DNA of 64,000 nt from Gemmatimonadota bacterium (GCA_963666735.1 OY762926.1:3840001-3904000), one strand, 5' to 3'; counted from the first letter of the stretch, positions 22,806-33,437 are shown. Numbers and translations: made by a program. Notes: a model not told the origin generated them from the sequence alone.

Positions 22806-24141
22806 TGGAGTTGCCCCGCTTTGACGGACACCTATCCATTGGGGTCAAGCAAGGAGGTGTTCCATGGCGGGCCGGAAGGGGCGGTATCCATCCGAGTACA
22901 GGGAGCGGCTGGTGGAACTGGTGAGGGGCGGGCGTAGTGCCGCGTCACTCGCCCGGAAGTTCGAGCCGTCGGAGCAGACGATCCGGAACTGGGTCCGGCA
23001 GGCGGATGTGGACGAGGGGTTCCGTAGCGACGGGCTGACAACGGAGGCGCGCAGCGAGTTGCGGCGCCTGGAGCGGGAGAACAAGCGGCTCAGGATGGAG
23101 CGCGACATCCTAAAAAAAGCCGCGGCCTGGTTCGCGAGGGAGAGCGGATCGATCCCCGGCGGGGGTATGCGTTCATGAGGGCGCACCGGGCCGAGTTCCC
23201 GCTTCGGGCCATGTGCCGGGTGCTGGGTCTCTCCCCCAGCGGCTACTACGACTGGTTGAGGCGTCCTCCCTCGGACCGCGCGCGTCGGGACGCGGAACTG
23301 GAGGCGCGGATCGCGAAGATATGGACCGGCAGCGGCGAGACGTACGGCCGTCCGCGGATCCACGCGGCGCTCAGGGCCGAGGGCGAGCGGGTGGGGCAGA
23401 AGCGCGTGGGGCGGCTGATGAGGGGGCTGGAGATCGAGGGCGCGACCAGGCGGCGCTTCAAGACGGCGACGACGAAGAGGGATACCGAGGCCCGCCCCGC
23501 GCCGGACCTGGTGGACCGTGACTTCTCGGCCTCGGGGCCCGACGAGCTGTGGGTGGCCGACATCACCTACGTCCCCACGTGGGCTGGCTGGCTGTATCTG
23601 GCCGTCGTGCTCGACGTCTGGAGCCGCCGCGTCGTCGGCTGGGCCATGGCGACGCACATGCGGACCGAGCTCGTCGAGACCGCGCTGGCGATGGCTCTCG
23701 CAAGGCGTCGTCCCGAGGGTCGTGTCGTGCATCATTCCGACAGGGGCTCGCAGTACACCTCGCTCGCCTTCGGGGAGCGCTGCCGCGAGTCGGGCATCGC
23801 CCAGTCCATGGGCTCGGCGGGCGATGCGTACGACAACGCCATGTGCGAGAGCTTCTTCGCCACCCTCGAGTGCGAGCTGATCTGGAAGCGCTCGTTCCGC
23901 ACGGCGGATGAGGCGCGACGGGAGGTCTTCGGCTTCATCGAGGGCTTCTACAACACCCGGCGGCTGCACTCGGCACTCGGCTACGAGTCGCCGGCCGACT
24001 ACGAGAGCAACCATGCGGCCTGAGGCGCACCCGCGGCGCGCACCGACATCCTCTCCCGAGCGCCTGAGGGAGGCTGAAAGGAGAAGAACCGGAGGCGATC
24101 AACCACAGAAACTAACCGTCCGTGAAAGCGGGACAGCTCCA
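22806..24141 (+). mobile_element. IS3-family element, complete
   Basis: IRL TGGAGTTGCCCCGCTTTGACGGAC, IRR GTCCGTGAAAGCGGGACAGCTCCA, 3-bp duplication CTG. Confidence 0.93.
22864..24023 (+). CDS. IS3 transposase OrfA (22864-23178) / OrfB (23175-24023), -1 programmed frameshift
   Basis: HTH OrfA ending ERDILKKAAAWFARE; AAAAAAAG slippery site at 23112-23119; OrfB WVADITY, HHSDRGSQY, DNAMCESFFATLECE. Confidence 0.93.
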
Positions 24142-24845
24142 CTGCTAGCCCGTCTCACCCTCACGGTACTGATCATCGGCGGTCTCGCCGCCTGCGGCGA
24201 TGACAGCCGCACCCCGACGGAAGACGAAGATCCCATCCGCACCGTGCTCGCACAGGCGGTGGGCGCGCTGAGCCCCGGGCAGTATTACATGTTCAACGGG
24301 TCGGCCGTGGACGGACCCTACGACCTTGACGCGGGGCCGTACCCTGAGGGGAGCGCGCAGGTGCGGGTGATCTTCTCGAAGATGGTGGAGCGGATCAACG
24401 CGGTCGTCGAGGGTACCGACAACGTGCAGACCGCGATGCACCCGAACTGCGAGCTTGCGCTGCCCGCCCCACAAGGCGACCAGGATGATTTTCTGGATTG
24501 CATCCTGAGCCTCGACACCTGCGGCGAAGTTCGGATCATCTGGCGGCCGTCGCAAAGAACCATCGAGGCGTGGTGCTACGAGTAGGAGAGAGAGCGATGC
24601 ACCCCGACTGGGGGCGCGATGCATCCTAATCGGTGGCTGCCCGCGAGCGACAAGCTGCGCCCAAAGGCCGCTTCCACCGCACTCACACCGCTTCACGCGA
24701 AACCCGCACAGAGCCAGCACACCGCAGGCCAGCACACCCCTGTTCTGATACGGTAATCACCTGACAACTGCCCCCAAGAAAGGGGACGGTGGCCACCCGG
24801 CCTCCGCCGAGGTTAGTTGACAAGTGTGCTTTTGCCTCGGTGCTG

Positions 24846-26148
24846 TGGGCTTACCCCGTTTTAGTGGACAGGTGAAAGTGGTGGTTTCCTCCATTCTCGC
24901 CACCTCGCGGGAGAGGGCCGCGGCCCGGGGGGTCACGCCGCCTCTCCTTTCTCGCGCGCCTCGAAGCTGGCGGGCGACTCGTAGCCGAGGCTCGAGTGCC
25001 GCCGGCGCGGGTTGTACCAGCCCTCGATGAACCGGAACACCCCCCGGCGGGCCTCGCCGGGCGTCCGGAACGAGCGCCGCCAGATCAGTTCGCACTCCAG
25101 CGTGGCGAAGAACGACTCGCACATGGCGTTGTCGTAAGCGTCGCCCACCGAGCCCATCGAGGGCCTGACCCCGGCCCTCCGGCAGCGCCCGCCGAAGGCG
25201 TAGGACGTGTACTGGCTGCCTTGGTCGCTGTGGTGGATCACCCCGTCGGGGCGCCGCTGCGCCAGCGCCATGTCGAAGGCATCCAGCACCAGGGACGTCC
25301 TCAGGTGCGTCGCCATCGACCAGCCCACGATGCGGCGGCTCCAGGCGTCGAGCACGACGGCCAGATAGAGGAAGCCCGCCCAGGTCGGCACGTACGTGAT
25401 GTCGGCCACCCAGAGTTCGTCGGGTCCGGAGGCCGAGAAGTCTCGGTCCACGAGATCCGGCGCGGGCCTGGACTTCGCGGCCCGCTTCGTCGTACTGCCC
25501 TTGCGGCGCCGGCTCACCCCTTCGATCTCCGCCGCCCGCATCAGCCGCGCCACCCGGCCCACACCCGCCTCGCGGCCCCGCGCCTTGAGTTCCGCATGGA
25601 CCCGCGGCGCCCCGTACGTCCCCCCGCTCATGGCGTGGATCTCGACGATCTCCGCACTGAGCGCCTCGTTCTCCCGCGCCCGCCGAGACGGCTCCCGCGT
25701 CCGCCACGCATAGTACCCGCTCGGGGAGAGACCCAGCAGGCGGCACATCACGCGCACGGGATACATGGCCTGGTGATCGCTCACGAACCGGAACCCCCCC
25801 GGGGGATCGATCCGCTCTCCTTGGCGAACCAGGCCGTGGCTTTTGCCAATATGTCGCGCTCGATCTTCACCCGGCGAAGCTCGCGCTTCAGTTCCCGGAC
25901 TTCCTTGCGCTCGACCGTCGTCAGACCGTCGGTGCGACGCCCCTCGTCCAGGTCGGCCCGCTCCACCCAGCGCCGGATCGCCGTCGCCGAGGGCTCGAAC
26001 TCGCGAGCCAGCCGGTCCGCGCTCCGTCCCGCACGGACCAGTTCCACCATCCGCGCCTTGTACTCCGGCGCGTATCTCCGTCCCGACATGCGACACCTCC
26101 TCGTTGTGACCAACGCTCAAAGGTGTCCACCAAATCGGGGTAACTCCA
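24846..26148 (-). mobile_element. Second IS3-family element, complete
   Basis: Ends TGGGCTTACCCCGTTTTAGTGGACA and TGTCCACCAAATCGGGGTAACTCCA; CTG duplicated at 24843-24845 and 26149-26151. Confidence 0.92.
24933..26089 (-). CDS. IS3 transposase OrfA (25781-26089) / OrfB (24933-25784)
   Basis: MSGRRYAPEYKARMVELVRAG...ERDILAKATAWFAKE; OrfB WVADITY, HHSDQGSQY, DNAMCESFF. Confidence 0.92.
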
Positions 26149-26179
26149 CTGGGTACCATCAGGTTCGCGTGGAGGCGTC

Positions 26180-27400
26180 GTGCGTGTACTGAGTTCCGCA
26201 TCTCTAGCGTTCGGTTCGCTGCTCTGGGCGGCGTCGGTTACTGCCGTCCAGTCCGGCGGTCTCCGCTTGGTCGAGGAACTCCGGTTGGGTCGTATCGAAG
26301 GGTTGGAGTCCGACCTGTTCGGCGATATCCACGACCTCGCCGTCGACGGCGATGGCCGGATCTATGTGGTCGATCCGGGCATGCAAAACGTGCGGATCTT
26401 CGACCGAGATGGACAAATCGTCCGTGAGATCGCGCCCGAGGGCGAGGGCCCCGGCGAACGTCGTCATCGCCGCATGTCGTACCTCGGTCCCACCAGCGTG
26501 ACGTGGGAACCGAACCGTGCGCGGCTCTGGATTGATGACGGTTTTCAACGGCAGGTGCTGGATTCGCTCGGGGTGGAGTACCGGCGCGACATGCGCACCG
26601 GCAACTTCTATACCAACCCAAGTATTCCAGCTGGCAAGATCGTGCAGTTCGATAAGCGGGGCCATATCTATGAGTACCAGCGCCTGCCCATCGGGGACAC
26701 CACTGTCTCATACGTCGCCCGTGGCGTCCCGACGGCGGAGTACGGTGTGGTGTTCAGCGACACGCTTACCATCGATTCCCGGGCTCTCGAGAGCGGTGAG
26801 ATTCGAACGACCGAGAGGACGATTGGCTCTTCCCGAGTCAGCATTGCCGTCTCCGACAAACGGCCCGAGCGCGATGAACACGCTTGGACCGTCTCGACGG
26901 CGCGCGGCACGGTCTGGATATCCGTCAACGAGCGCCGCCAGCTACACGAGGTCGCGTTCACGGGTGACACGCTCCGCACGTTCGATCTGGAAACGGCATC
27001 GAACGAACTGGATGTTTCACCCGAGGGTTGGATCTGGATTCGACACAGCGGTGCCAACCCCGAAACTACATGGGACCTGCTGGACAACTGCGGCGAGCGC
27101 CGGGGTTCCGTCTCGCTTCCCGTTCCCGTCTCGTTGACGCACGTGGGCCGTCGCGGTGTAGTACATGTGGTGTGGTCGGATGATCTCGACATCGAGTACA
27201 TCATGCGCCTGCGACTGGAAGGTGATGTAGACCGCCGGACGTGCCAGGCAAGCCAAACGCCCAATGTGGATCTTCCTCCTCGGCTTCGCCGCTGCTGCGA
27301 CCATGGCGCTCGCCTGCGGCGCCCCGGCGCCGGACGAGGGGACCGGCGAGGTACTGGAGTGGATCCTGCGACGGGGTCTCGCCATCGGAAGCGCGGATGA
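26180..27400 (+). CDS. Secreted 6-bladed beta-propeller (NHL/TolB-like) protein
   Basis: Signal peptide; EELRLG...FGDIHDLAVDGDGRIYVVD...VRIFDRDG...EGEGPGE; C-terminal DDLDIEYIMRLRL; the tail overlapping the next gene may be read-through. Confidence 0.8.
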   Translation: MRVLSSASLAFGSLLWAASVTAVQSGGLRLVEELRLGRIEGLESDLFGDIHDLAVDGDGRIYVVDPGMQNVRIFDRDGQIVREIAPEGEGPGERRHRRMSYLGPTSVTWEPNRARLWIDDGFQRQVLDSLGVEYRRDMRTGNFYTNPSIPAGKIVQFDKRGHIYEYQRLPIGDTTVSYVARGVPTAEYGVVFSDTLTIDSRALESGEIRTTERTIGSSRVSIAVSDKRPERDEHAWTVSTARGTVWISVNERRQLHEVAFTGDTLRTFDLETASNELDVSPEGWIWIRHSGANPETTWDLLDNCGERRGSVSLPVPVSLTHVGRRGVVHVVWSDDLDIEYIMRLRLEGDVDRRTCQASQTPNVDLPPRLRRCCDHGARLRRPGAGRGDRRGTGVDPATGSRHRKRG

Positions 27401-28448
27401 TCCGGCGTACGGACTCTGGGCCGTCGGCGGGGTGCTGGCCGACGAGGACCGTGTGCCTCGTGGCACGGGACGGCACGATCCGGATCTTCACTCGTGACGG
27501 CGAGTTCGTCCGCGACCTCGGGGGCCGTGGATCCGGCCCCGGCGAGCTGACACTCCCGACGACGCCGGGTTGGAGCGAACCGGGGACTCTATCGATCGGC
27601 GACGCGGAACTGCGGCGCTTCACGTTCTATGATGTCGCCACCGGCGAGGTGGGGACGATCCCTTACCACGCGTACTTGCCGGAGGCGCACGGAGCAACAG
27701 CATTCGATCCGGTGGTCGTACTGACAGATTTGCGTGCGGCAGCCGCGCTGCGGCCTTCGGACGCGGCTCCCGAGCGAGGGATCCTCACGACCGTACCCAT
27801 GGTGGTGTTGGACGCGGCGGGCGCGCTGCTCGGCTCGACACGCTCGCGCTGCTATCGGCGCAGACTTCCCGCAACGTCACAGCTGGCGTGGTGGCGGATG
27901 GCACGGTGCGCTTGGGACGCCCCGTTCAGCAAGGGGACAAGTGGCGATTCGCGCCTGACAGGTCGAGCATCGTGGTCGTCGAGGGCGGGACCTGGGCGGG
28001 GGAGGGCCCGGCCGAGTTCGGTGTGACAATGGTGGATTCCAACGGCGACACTCTGTTCCACCGTCGCATCGCCTATACACCGCGCCCGGTGCCGGACGGC
28101 TACTACGATGCCGAGATCGAGAAGATGTTTGATCATCGAATTATGGCTGAAGCCTTGGCTGACCGGCGTGCGGTCACGAACGCCGTACGGGGATTCTACG
28201 AGCAAGCCCGCTATTATCCTCCCCTTACCAACGTAATAGTGGGCAGCGACGGCACCGCTTGGATCGCGGGACTCGACGAGGATGGCGAGCGCGAGTGGCT
28301 CGTGCTCGATGCTTCGGGAGCGTCCATCGGGCGCTTACGGCTACCCGCCGGGTGGCATGTGCGCTACGGGAACCGGAACGAAGCCTGGATGGTGGAGCGG
28401 GATGCGCTCGACATCCCATACGTCGTGCGCTACGAGATCATGCACTAG
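27264..28448 (+). pseudogene. 6-bladed beta-propeller lipoprotein with at least two frameshifts
   Basis: ALAC lipobox and AIGSADDPAY in one frame, IRIFTRDGEFVRDLGGRGSGPGE in a second, VGSDGTAWI...RDALDIPYVVRYEI in the 27888-28448 ORF. Confidence 0.8.
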
Positions 28449-30093
28449 GAGCTTGCGCGGTAGAACGGTCGCGAAGGGCGGCGGATCCCGGGAAGCGCGG
28501 CCGCCCGGAGGCTGAGGGGCGCCGGTTGTCGGCGGGAGCCGCCGTCGCGCGGGCGAAGCCGCCGCGCCGGCGCCGTTTCCGGGTGGATCCGGCCGCGTTT
28601 CGGGCCCCGGAGGCCCTCCGGCGCGAAGATTTCGCCCCTCACGCGGCCCGAAGGACGTGGAGGCGCCGCGCGTTGAGCGCCAGACACACCAGATCCCACT
28701 CGCCGCGCACGTTCTCCAAGCCCCTGAGGCTGAACCTCCTGAACCCCATCGCCTCCTTGACCCACCCGATGGGCGCTTCGGCGATCCACTTGCGCTTGGC
28801 ATACACCGCCCGGCCTTGGGGAGTCTCCAGCTTCTTCGCCATGCGCGCCGTCGCCGGGAGCTTCTTCGGGTCGGGCTTGCCGGCCCCCTTGCCCTCCCGG
28901 CCCAGCGCCACGTAGCCGTCGATCCCCCGCGCATCCAGAGCCGCCAGATCCTCCTCGTTCGAGTAGCCCGCGTCGGCCAGCACCTCGCCCGGCGTCTCCC
29001 CCAACCGCCCGGACACCTCGTCCACCCGCTCCACCAGCTGCCCCTGGTCGCTCGCGTTGTCGGTCACCTCCGCCCCCAGCACCAGCTGGCTCTCGCCGTC
29101 GACCACCGCCTGCGCGTTGTAGCACTGCTGGTAGCCCTCCGTGCTCGTCCGCATGATCCGGCTCTCCGGATCCGTGAAGTTCGTCTGCGAGTCCGCCTCC
29201 GGCTCCCCGTAGGCCAGCTTGTACGGCGACCCCCCCTTCGGGTTGCGGTCCCACTCCGGCTCCCGGCCCCGCGCGTCGTCGCGCTCCCGCGCCTCCGCCT
29301 CCAGACGAGCCCGCGCCGCCCGGATCGCCGCCAGCCGGTCCTCCCGCCGCTTCAGCTCCTCCGGCAGCTCGTCGCCCCGAACGTCCTCCCCGTGCCGCTC
29401 GTCCTCCTCCGCGTCGGCCGCCTCCGCACGCGCCAGCAACTCCGCGATCTCCGCCTCCAGGCGCGCCTCCTCCGGACCCATCCGCCCGTAGCTCATCGCC
29501 TTCCGCTTGCTCGCGTTCGCCCGAACCTTCGTCCCGTCCACCGCCACCCGGCCCAGCCCCGCCAGACCCAGCTCCCGCGCCAGAAGCACCGCCTCGGCGA
29601 ACAACGCACCGAACGCCCTCAGGTTCTTCTTCCGGAACTCGCACAGCGTCCGGTGCGCCGGAAAGTTCCCCGCCGCCAGCATCCTGAGCGGCACGTCCTC
29701 CTCCAGCTTCCGCGCCAGCTTCCGAGACGAGAACACCCCCGTCGCGTAACCGTACAGCAGAACCTTCACCATCATCCGCGGATCGTACGGGCTCCGACGG
29801 CGTCCGTCCCCCTCGTACCGCGCGTAGAACGCCGACAGGTCCAGCGCGTCCACCAGATCGCTCACGTGGTGCGCCAGATGCCCCGCCGGCACCCACTCGC
29901 GAAGATCCTGCGGCAGCAGCAACCGCTGGTCCGGATCGTACGGGCGGAACCTCGTCCGCATCCTCTCCGGATCGTACGGTAGAGACCTCGCACTCATCGC
30001 CAACTCCCCGCGCCGAACTTGAACCCGTCACAGCACGCCATCACCATAACCACCCGAAACGCGCCGCACCATCGGTTTCTACGGCGCAGGCTC
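28449..30093 (-). mobile_element. IS1182-family element, complete
   Basis: IRs GAGCTTGCGCGGTAGAA / TTCTACGGCGCAGGCTC; CTAG duplicated at 28445-28448 and 30094-30097. Confidence 0.92.
28639..29961 (-). CDS. IS1182 transposase
   Basis: FRPYDPDQRLLLPQDLREWVPAGHLA, YDPRMMVKVLLYGYATGVFSSRKL, VDGTKVRANAS, LADAGY, MGFRRFSLRGL. Confidence 0.95.
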   Translation of the reverse strand: MRTRFRPYDPDQRLLLPQDLREWVPAGHLAHHVSDLVDALDLSAFYARYEGDGRRRSPYDPRMMVKVLLYGYATGVFSSRKLARKLEEDVPLRMLAAGNFPAHRTLCEFRKKNLRAFGALFAEAVLLARELGLAGLGRVAVDGTKVRANASKRKAMSYGRMGPEEARLEAEIAELLARAEAADAEEDERHGEDVRGDELPEELKRREDRLAAIRAARARLEAEARERDDARGREPEWDRNPKGGSPYKLAYGEPEADSQTNFTDPESRIMRTSTEGYQQCYNAQAVVDGESQLVLGAEVTDNASDQGQLVERVDEVSGRLGETPGEVLADAGYSNEEDLAALDARGIDGYVALGREGKGAGKPDPKKLPATARMAKKLETPQGRAVYAKRKWIAEAPIGWVKEAMGFRRFSLRGLENVRGEWDLVCLALNARRLHVLRAA

Positions 30094-31415
30094 CTAGGCG
30101 GTAGCTCGGGGGTTGACCCCGCGCCGCCGTCCTCGCTCCCGGAGCCCACGGCGCGCTGCAGGACCTCCTGGATGTCGAGGCCCAGCACCGACGCGAGCCC
30201 CTCCATCGTCCCGTAGGCGCCGCGCACCCGCTGGTTGAGCGCGTTGGACACGCCCTCGCCCTGGCCCCCGTCCATGACGACGACGCGGTCGATGTCCACG
30301 CCCTCCACGGCGCCCACGGCGATCTCGAGCAGTTCGGGGAGCTTCTCGGCCATGAACACGGCGAACGCGGCCTCGCCTCCGGTCTGAACCTCGGCGTAGA
30401 GCCGCTTCAGGACCTCGACCTGGGCCTTCCCGCGCTCCAGGATCGGCGCCGCCTCGGCCTCGGCCCGCGCGAACGCGGCCATCTTCTCGGCCTTGGCGGG
30501 CTCGATGACGTCCGCCCGCAGGCGCTGCTCCTCGCGCTCCACGCGCTTCATCTCGAGGATCTTCTCGGCCTCGACCTCGGCCTCCTGCGCCTTCACGCGC
30601 GCGATCTTCTCGGCCGTGTCGCCCTCGCGGTGCAGTTCGGCCTTGCGCACGCGCAACTCGTTCTGGGCTTCGGCGACCTTGATCGAGGCGGCCGCCTCCC
30701 GCACCTCCGCGCGCCGCCTCGCCTCGGCCTGGGCCTCGCGCGTGTCGGCTTCGGCCTGGGCCTCGGCGATCTCCGCGGCCCGGATCGCCTCGGCCGACTT
30801 TTCGCGGCCGATCGCCTCGAGGTAGCCGCGCTCGTCGCTCACGTTCTGGATCTTGAGCACGTCGAGGTGGAAGCCCAGCGATGCCAGATCCTCCCCCGCG
30901 TCCTCCGACAGCGCCTTGGCGAACCCCAGCCGGTCCTCGTTCACGGCCTCCGGGGTGAGCGTGGCGAGGACGCCGCGCAGGTTCCCGGTGAGCGTGTCCT
31001 GGGCCAGTTCGCGGACTTCCGTCTCCGTCTTCCCCAGCAGGCGCTCCACGGCGTTGTTGAACACCCACTCGGGCTCCGAGGCGATCTTCACGTTCGCGAT
31101 CGCCTCCACGTTGAGCGGGATGTTTCCCTTCGAGAAGGCGTTGGTGACGAAGACCTCGATGGGGATGGTCTCGAGGTTCATGTGCTGGACCGTCTCGATG
31201 ATCGGGATCCGGAGCGTGCGCCCGCCCGAAATGGAGCGGTAGCCGACGGCCTGGCCATCGGTCAGCATGCGGTTCCGGCCCGTGATCACGGCGGCGCGGT
31301 TGGGGGGGACGATCACGATCAGGTTCTTGATGGTGACGATCGCCACGAGCACGACGACGATGAAGACGGCCGCCATCGTGACCGGGGCGGCCAGGAGATT
31401 CAGAAAATCTTGCAT
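29994..31415 (-). CDS. Flotillin-like SPFH/band 7 protein (C-terminus extended into the IS)
   Basis: N-terminal TM, IVPPNRAAVITG, LTGNLRGVLATLTPE, LKIQNVSD, AEA-rich coiled coil. Confidence 0.9.
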   Translation of the reverse strand: MQDFLNLLAAPVTMAAVFIVVVLVAIVTIKNLIVIVPPNRAAVITGRNRMLTDGQAVGYRSISGGRTLRIPIIETVQHMNLETIPIEVFVTNAFSKGNIPLNVEAIANVKIASEPEWVFNNAVERLLGKTETEVRELAQDTLTGNLRGVLATLTPEAVNEDRLGFAKALSEDAGEDLASLGFHLDVLKIQNVSDERGYLEAIGREKSAEAIRAAEIAEAQAEADTREAQAEARRRAEVREAAASIKVAEAQNELRVRKAELHREGDTAEKIARVKAQEAEVEAEKILEMKRVEREEQRLRADVIEPAKAEKMAAFARAEAEAAPILERGKAQVEVLKRLYAEVQTGGEAAFAVFMAEKLPELLEIAVGAVEGVDIDRVVVMDGGQGEGVSNALNQRVRGAYGTMEGLASVLGLDIQEVLQRAVGSGSEDGGAGSTPELPPRSLRRRNRWCGAFRVVMVMACCDGFKFGAGSWR

Positions 31416-31422
31416 TTGGACC

Positions 31423-31983
31423 TCATTCCTCGAGCAGCTTCATGTCCACCGGCACGACGTTCGCGATGCCGTCCGTCATGCGCACGACGACGACCGACTG
31501 CCCGGCGCGCAGCGGCAGATCGTCCGGGCAGGTCGAGTCCAGGCGGGCCCGCACGCTGTAGCGGCGCTGCCCGCGCGACACCTTCACCGTACCCGCGCCG
31601 TCCGGCGCTATTTCCATCGTCACCTTGCCGGTCAGCCCGGCCAGCGACTGCTCGCCGAGCGCGGTGCCGGCGCCCGACCGCTTGATGTAACGGAAGGCGG
31701 CGCTGATGAAGGCCCCGGAGGCCAGCCCCGTGATGCCGGCGACGACGCCCGTGACCGCGGGACCCGTGAACCAGTGCAGAATGGACCCGGTCGCGCCGAA
31801 CCCGAACAGGGCGTAGACGATCGTCCGCAGCGAGAGGAGCCTCGCCACATCGGCCCCTCCCCCCGCGTCAAGTTCCGCGTCGACATCCACGTCGATGTCC
31901 ATGCCGTCCAGGAAGTCGCCGAAGACGGACAGCGCGAGGAACCCGCCGCCTACCAGGAGACAGAAGACGTATATCGTGAACAT
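31423..31983 (-). CDS. NfeD-like membrane partner of flotillin
   Basis: TM segments, acidic DIDVDVD linker, C-terminal OB-fold-like GLTGKVTMEI...GTVKV; directly upstream of flotillin. Confidence 0.8.
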   Translation of the reverse strand: MFTIYVFCLLVGGGFLALSVFGDFLDGMDIDVDVDAELDAGGGADVARLLSLRTIVYALFGFGATGSILHWFTGPAVTGVVAGITGLASGAFISAAFRYIKRSGAGTALGEQSLAGLTGKVTMEIAPDGAGTVKVSRGQRRYSVRARLDSTCPDDLPLRAGQSVVVVRMTDGIANVVPVDMKLLEE

Positions 31984-32031
31984 GAACGGCTCTCCCTTCG
32001 GGACCGGGGCGTCGAAACCTACCGGCCCGCC

Positions 32032-32907
32032 TCATGATGCGCCTCCGCCGGACCAGGCCGCGACCGTCTCCCGCACGAAGTCGTCGAACACGCGCGGCGC
32101 GTGGCCCAGCACATGACTCATCGTCGCGAAGTCCTCCTCGGTCGCGATGAGCCCGTCGGAGAGGAAGTGCTCCGACATCGCCCGCAGGTCCCTCACGAGC
32201 CAGCCCGGCAGCCGCCGGCCCGCGCGCGTCTCCCACGCGTCGAGGTCGTCGCCGGCGTACTCGATCTCGCGGTCGAGGTGATCGCTCCAGACTCGGGCGA
32301 CATCCTCGGACATCAGGAGTTCGGGCCCGACGACCGGATACCGGATCCCGGCATGGCCGTCGTCGAGGAGCGCGTTCACGGTGGCGTCGGCGATGTCGCG
32401 CACGTCGACCCGGTGCAGTCCCACGGCCCCGAGCGGCGCGGGATAGACGCCGGCTTCGAGCGACCGCCTCAGCCACAGGTCGTTCTGGAAATAGTGGTTC
32501 GGTTCGATCGTCACCCAGGGGACGCCGGAGGCTTCGAGCGCCGCGAGGATCTCCATCTTGCTCGCGAAGTGGGGGATGTGGGGCGCCGCATGCGCGCGGT
32601 GTGCGGAATGGAAGACGATCCGCTCGACACCGGCCTCCGCGGCCGCGTCGATCGCCCCGATGCCGAGCTGCGCCTCCCGCGGGTGGAGCGCGGTGAGGAG
32701 GTGCATGCGCGACACGCCTTCGAGCGCCGGCCCGAGCGTGTCGGGCTGCTCCAGGTCGCCCAGTACGAATTCGACCCCGTCGTCCGACGCTCCGGCTCTG
32801 TCCGCCGAGCGCGTCAAGCACCGCACCGATACTCCGCGGGCCGCCAGCCCGTCGACAACCGGACGCCCAACGGTCCCTGTCCCGCCGATGCAAAGCACAT
32901 CCGCCAT
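32032..32907 (-). CDS. NmrA-family NAD(P)-binding protein
   Basis: IGGTGTVG Rossmann motif, GDLEQPDTL, PHFASK, VDVRDIADA. Confidence 0.9.
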   Translation of the reverse strand: MADVLCIGGTGTVGRPVVDGLAARGVSVRCLTRSADRAGASDDGVEFVLGDLEQPDTLGPALEGVSRMHLLTALHPREAQLGIGAIDAAAEAGVERIVFHSAHRAHAAPHIPHFASKMEILAALEASGVPWVTIEPNHYFQNDLWLRRSLEAGVYPAPLGAVGLHRVDVRDIADATVNALLDDGHAGIRYPVVGPELLMSEDVARVWSDHLDREIEYAGDDLDAWETRAGRRLPGWLVRDLRAMSEHFLSDGLIATEEDFATMSHVLGHAPRVFDDFVRETVAAWSGGGAS

Positions 32908-32957
32908 CCATGCCTCCTGTTCTCCGTCGTTTCTCCGTGGCTCCGATTCTGCGATCC

Positions 32958-32985
32958 CGCAAGATTTCGACGATACGTGGCATCC
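32958..32985 (+). promoter_or_regulatory. Putative ECF sigma-dependent promoter upstream of the Cys-rich peptide cassette
   Basis: CGCAAGATTTC-N8-GTGGCATCC, same spacing as the copies at 7171 and 10328. Confidence 0.5.
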
Positions 32986-33179
32986 GGAGGGCAGGCGAGT
33001 GCCGTCAGGCGTCGCCCCGCCGCCGGCCCGCCGCGAGCGAGTTGAGGATCCGTTGATGGGCGGCCGGACTCTGGAGGTGAATCTCGGGAGGCACGGGGCG
33101 GAGGGTCCGTCCCGGAGGGTCGAAGCGGGCTGCGGCGGCCGCGACCCGGCCTCCCGAAGACCCGGAAGGGGAGGGGACG

Positions 33180-33437
33180 ATGAAGACGATGAAGACGATG
33201 AAAGCCGGGCGCTGGGTGCTGCTTGGTTTCAACCTCGTGCTGGCGACGGCCATCCTGGCGCAACCCGGTCAGGCCGCGTCCGCGCGCGGGGGCGACGACT
33301 GCATGATGGAGTGTTTCCAGGGATGGACGGAGTGCGTCCTGGACCACATTTGGGGCTGCAATTACGAACTCAACCAGTGCATGCGGGGATGCCTGTTTCC
33401 CGTCTGGGGGCCCCCCACAGATCCCTATCCCTTCTGA
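33180..33437 (+). CDS. Small secreted Cys-rich peptide 1 (6 Cys, Cx3Cx6Cx7Cx6Cx3C)
   Basis: GGAGG RBS; leader RWVLLGFNLVLATAILAQPGQAAS shared with 36819-37049. Confidence 0.85.
   Translation: MKTMKTMKAGRWVLLGFNLVLATAILAQPGQAASARGGDDCMMECFQGWTECVLDHIWGCNYELNQCMRGCLFPVWGPPTDPYPF

Larger units (their letters stand above)
21303..24144 (-). mobile_element. IS1182/IS5-like element with an IS3 nested in its terminal repeat
   Basis: IRs CAGGCCGTGGAAGAAGT (21303) and ACTTTTTCCACGGGCTG (22789-22805); CTAG duplicated at 21299-21302 and 24145-24148. Confidence 0.88.
21290..24585 (+). pseudogene. Cys-containing lipoprotein split by a nested IS1182-like/IS3 insertion (21290-21302 joined to 24149-24585)
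   Basis: Removing the insertion and one CTAG gives MRKLARLTLTVLIIGGLAACGDDSRTP...HPNC...FLDCILSLDTC...AWCYE with a LAAC lipobox. Confidence 0.85.
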
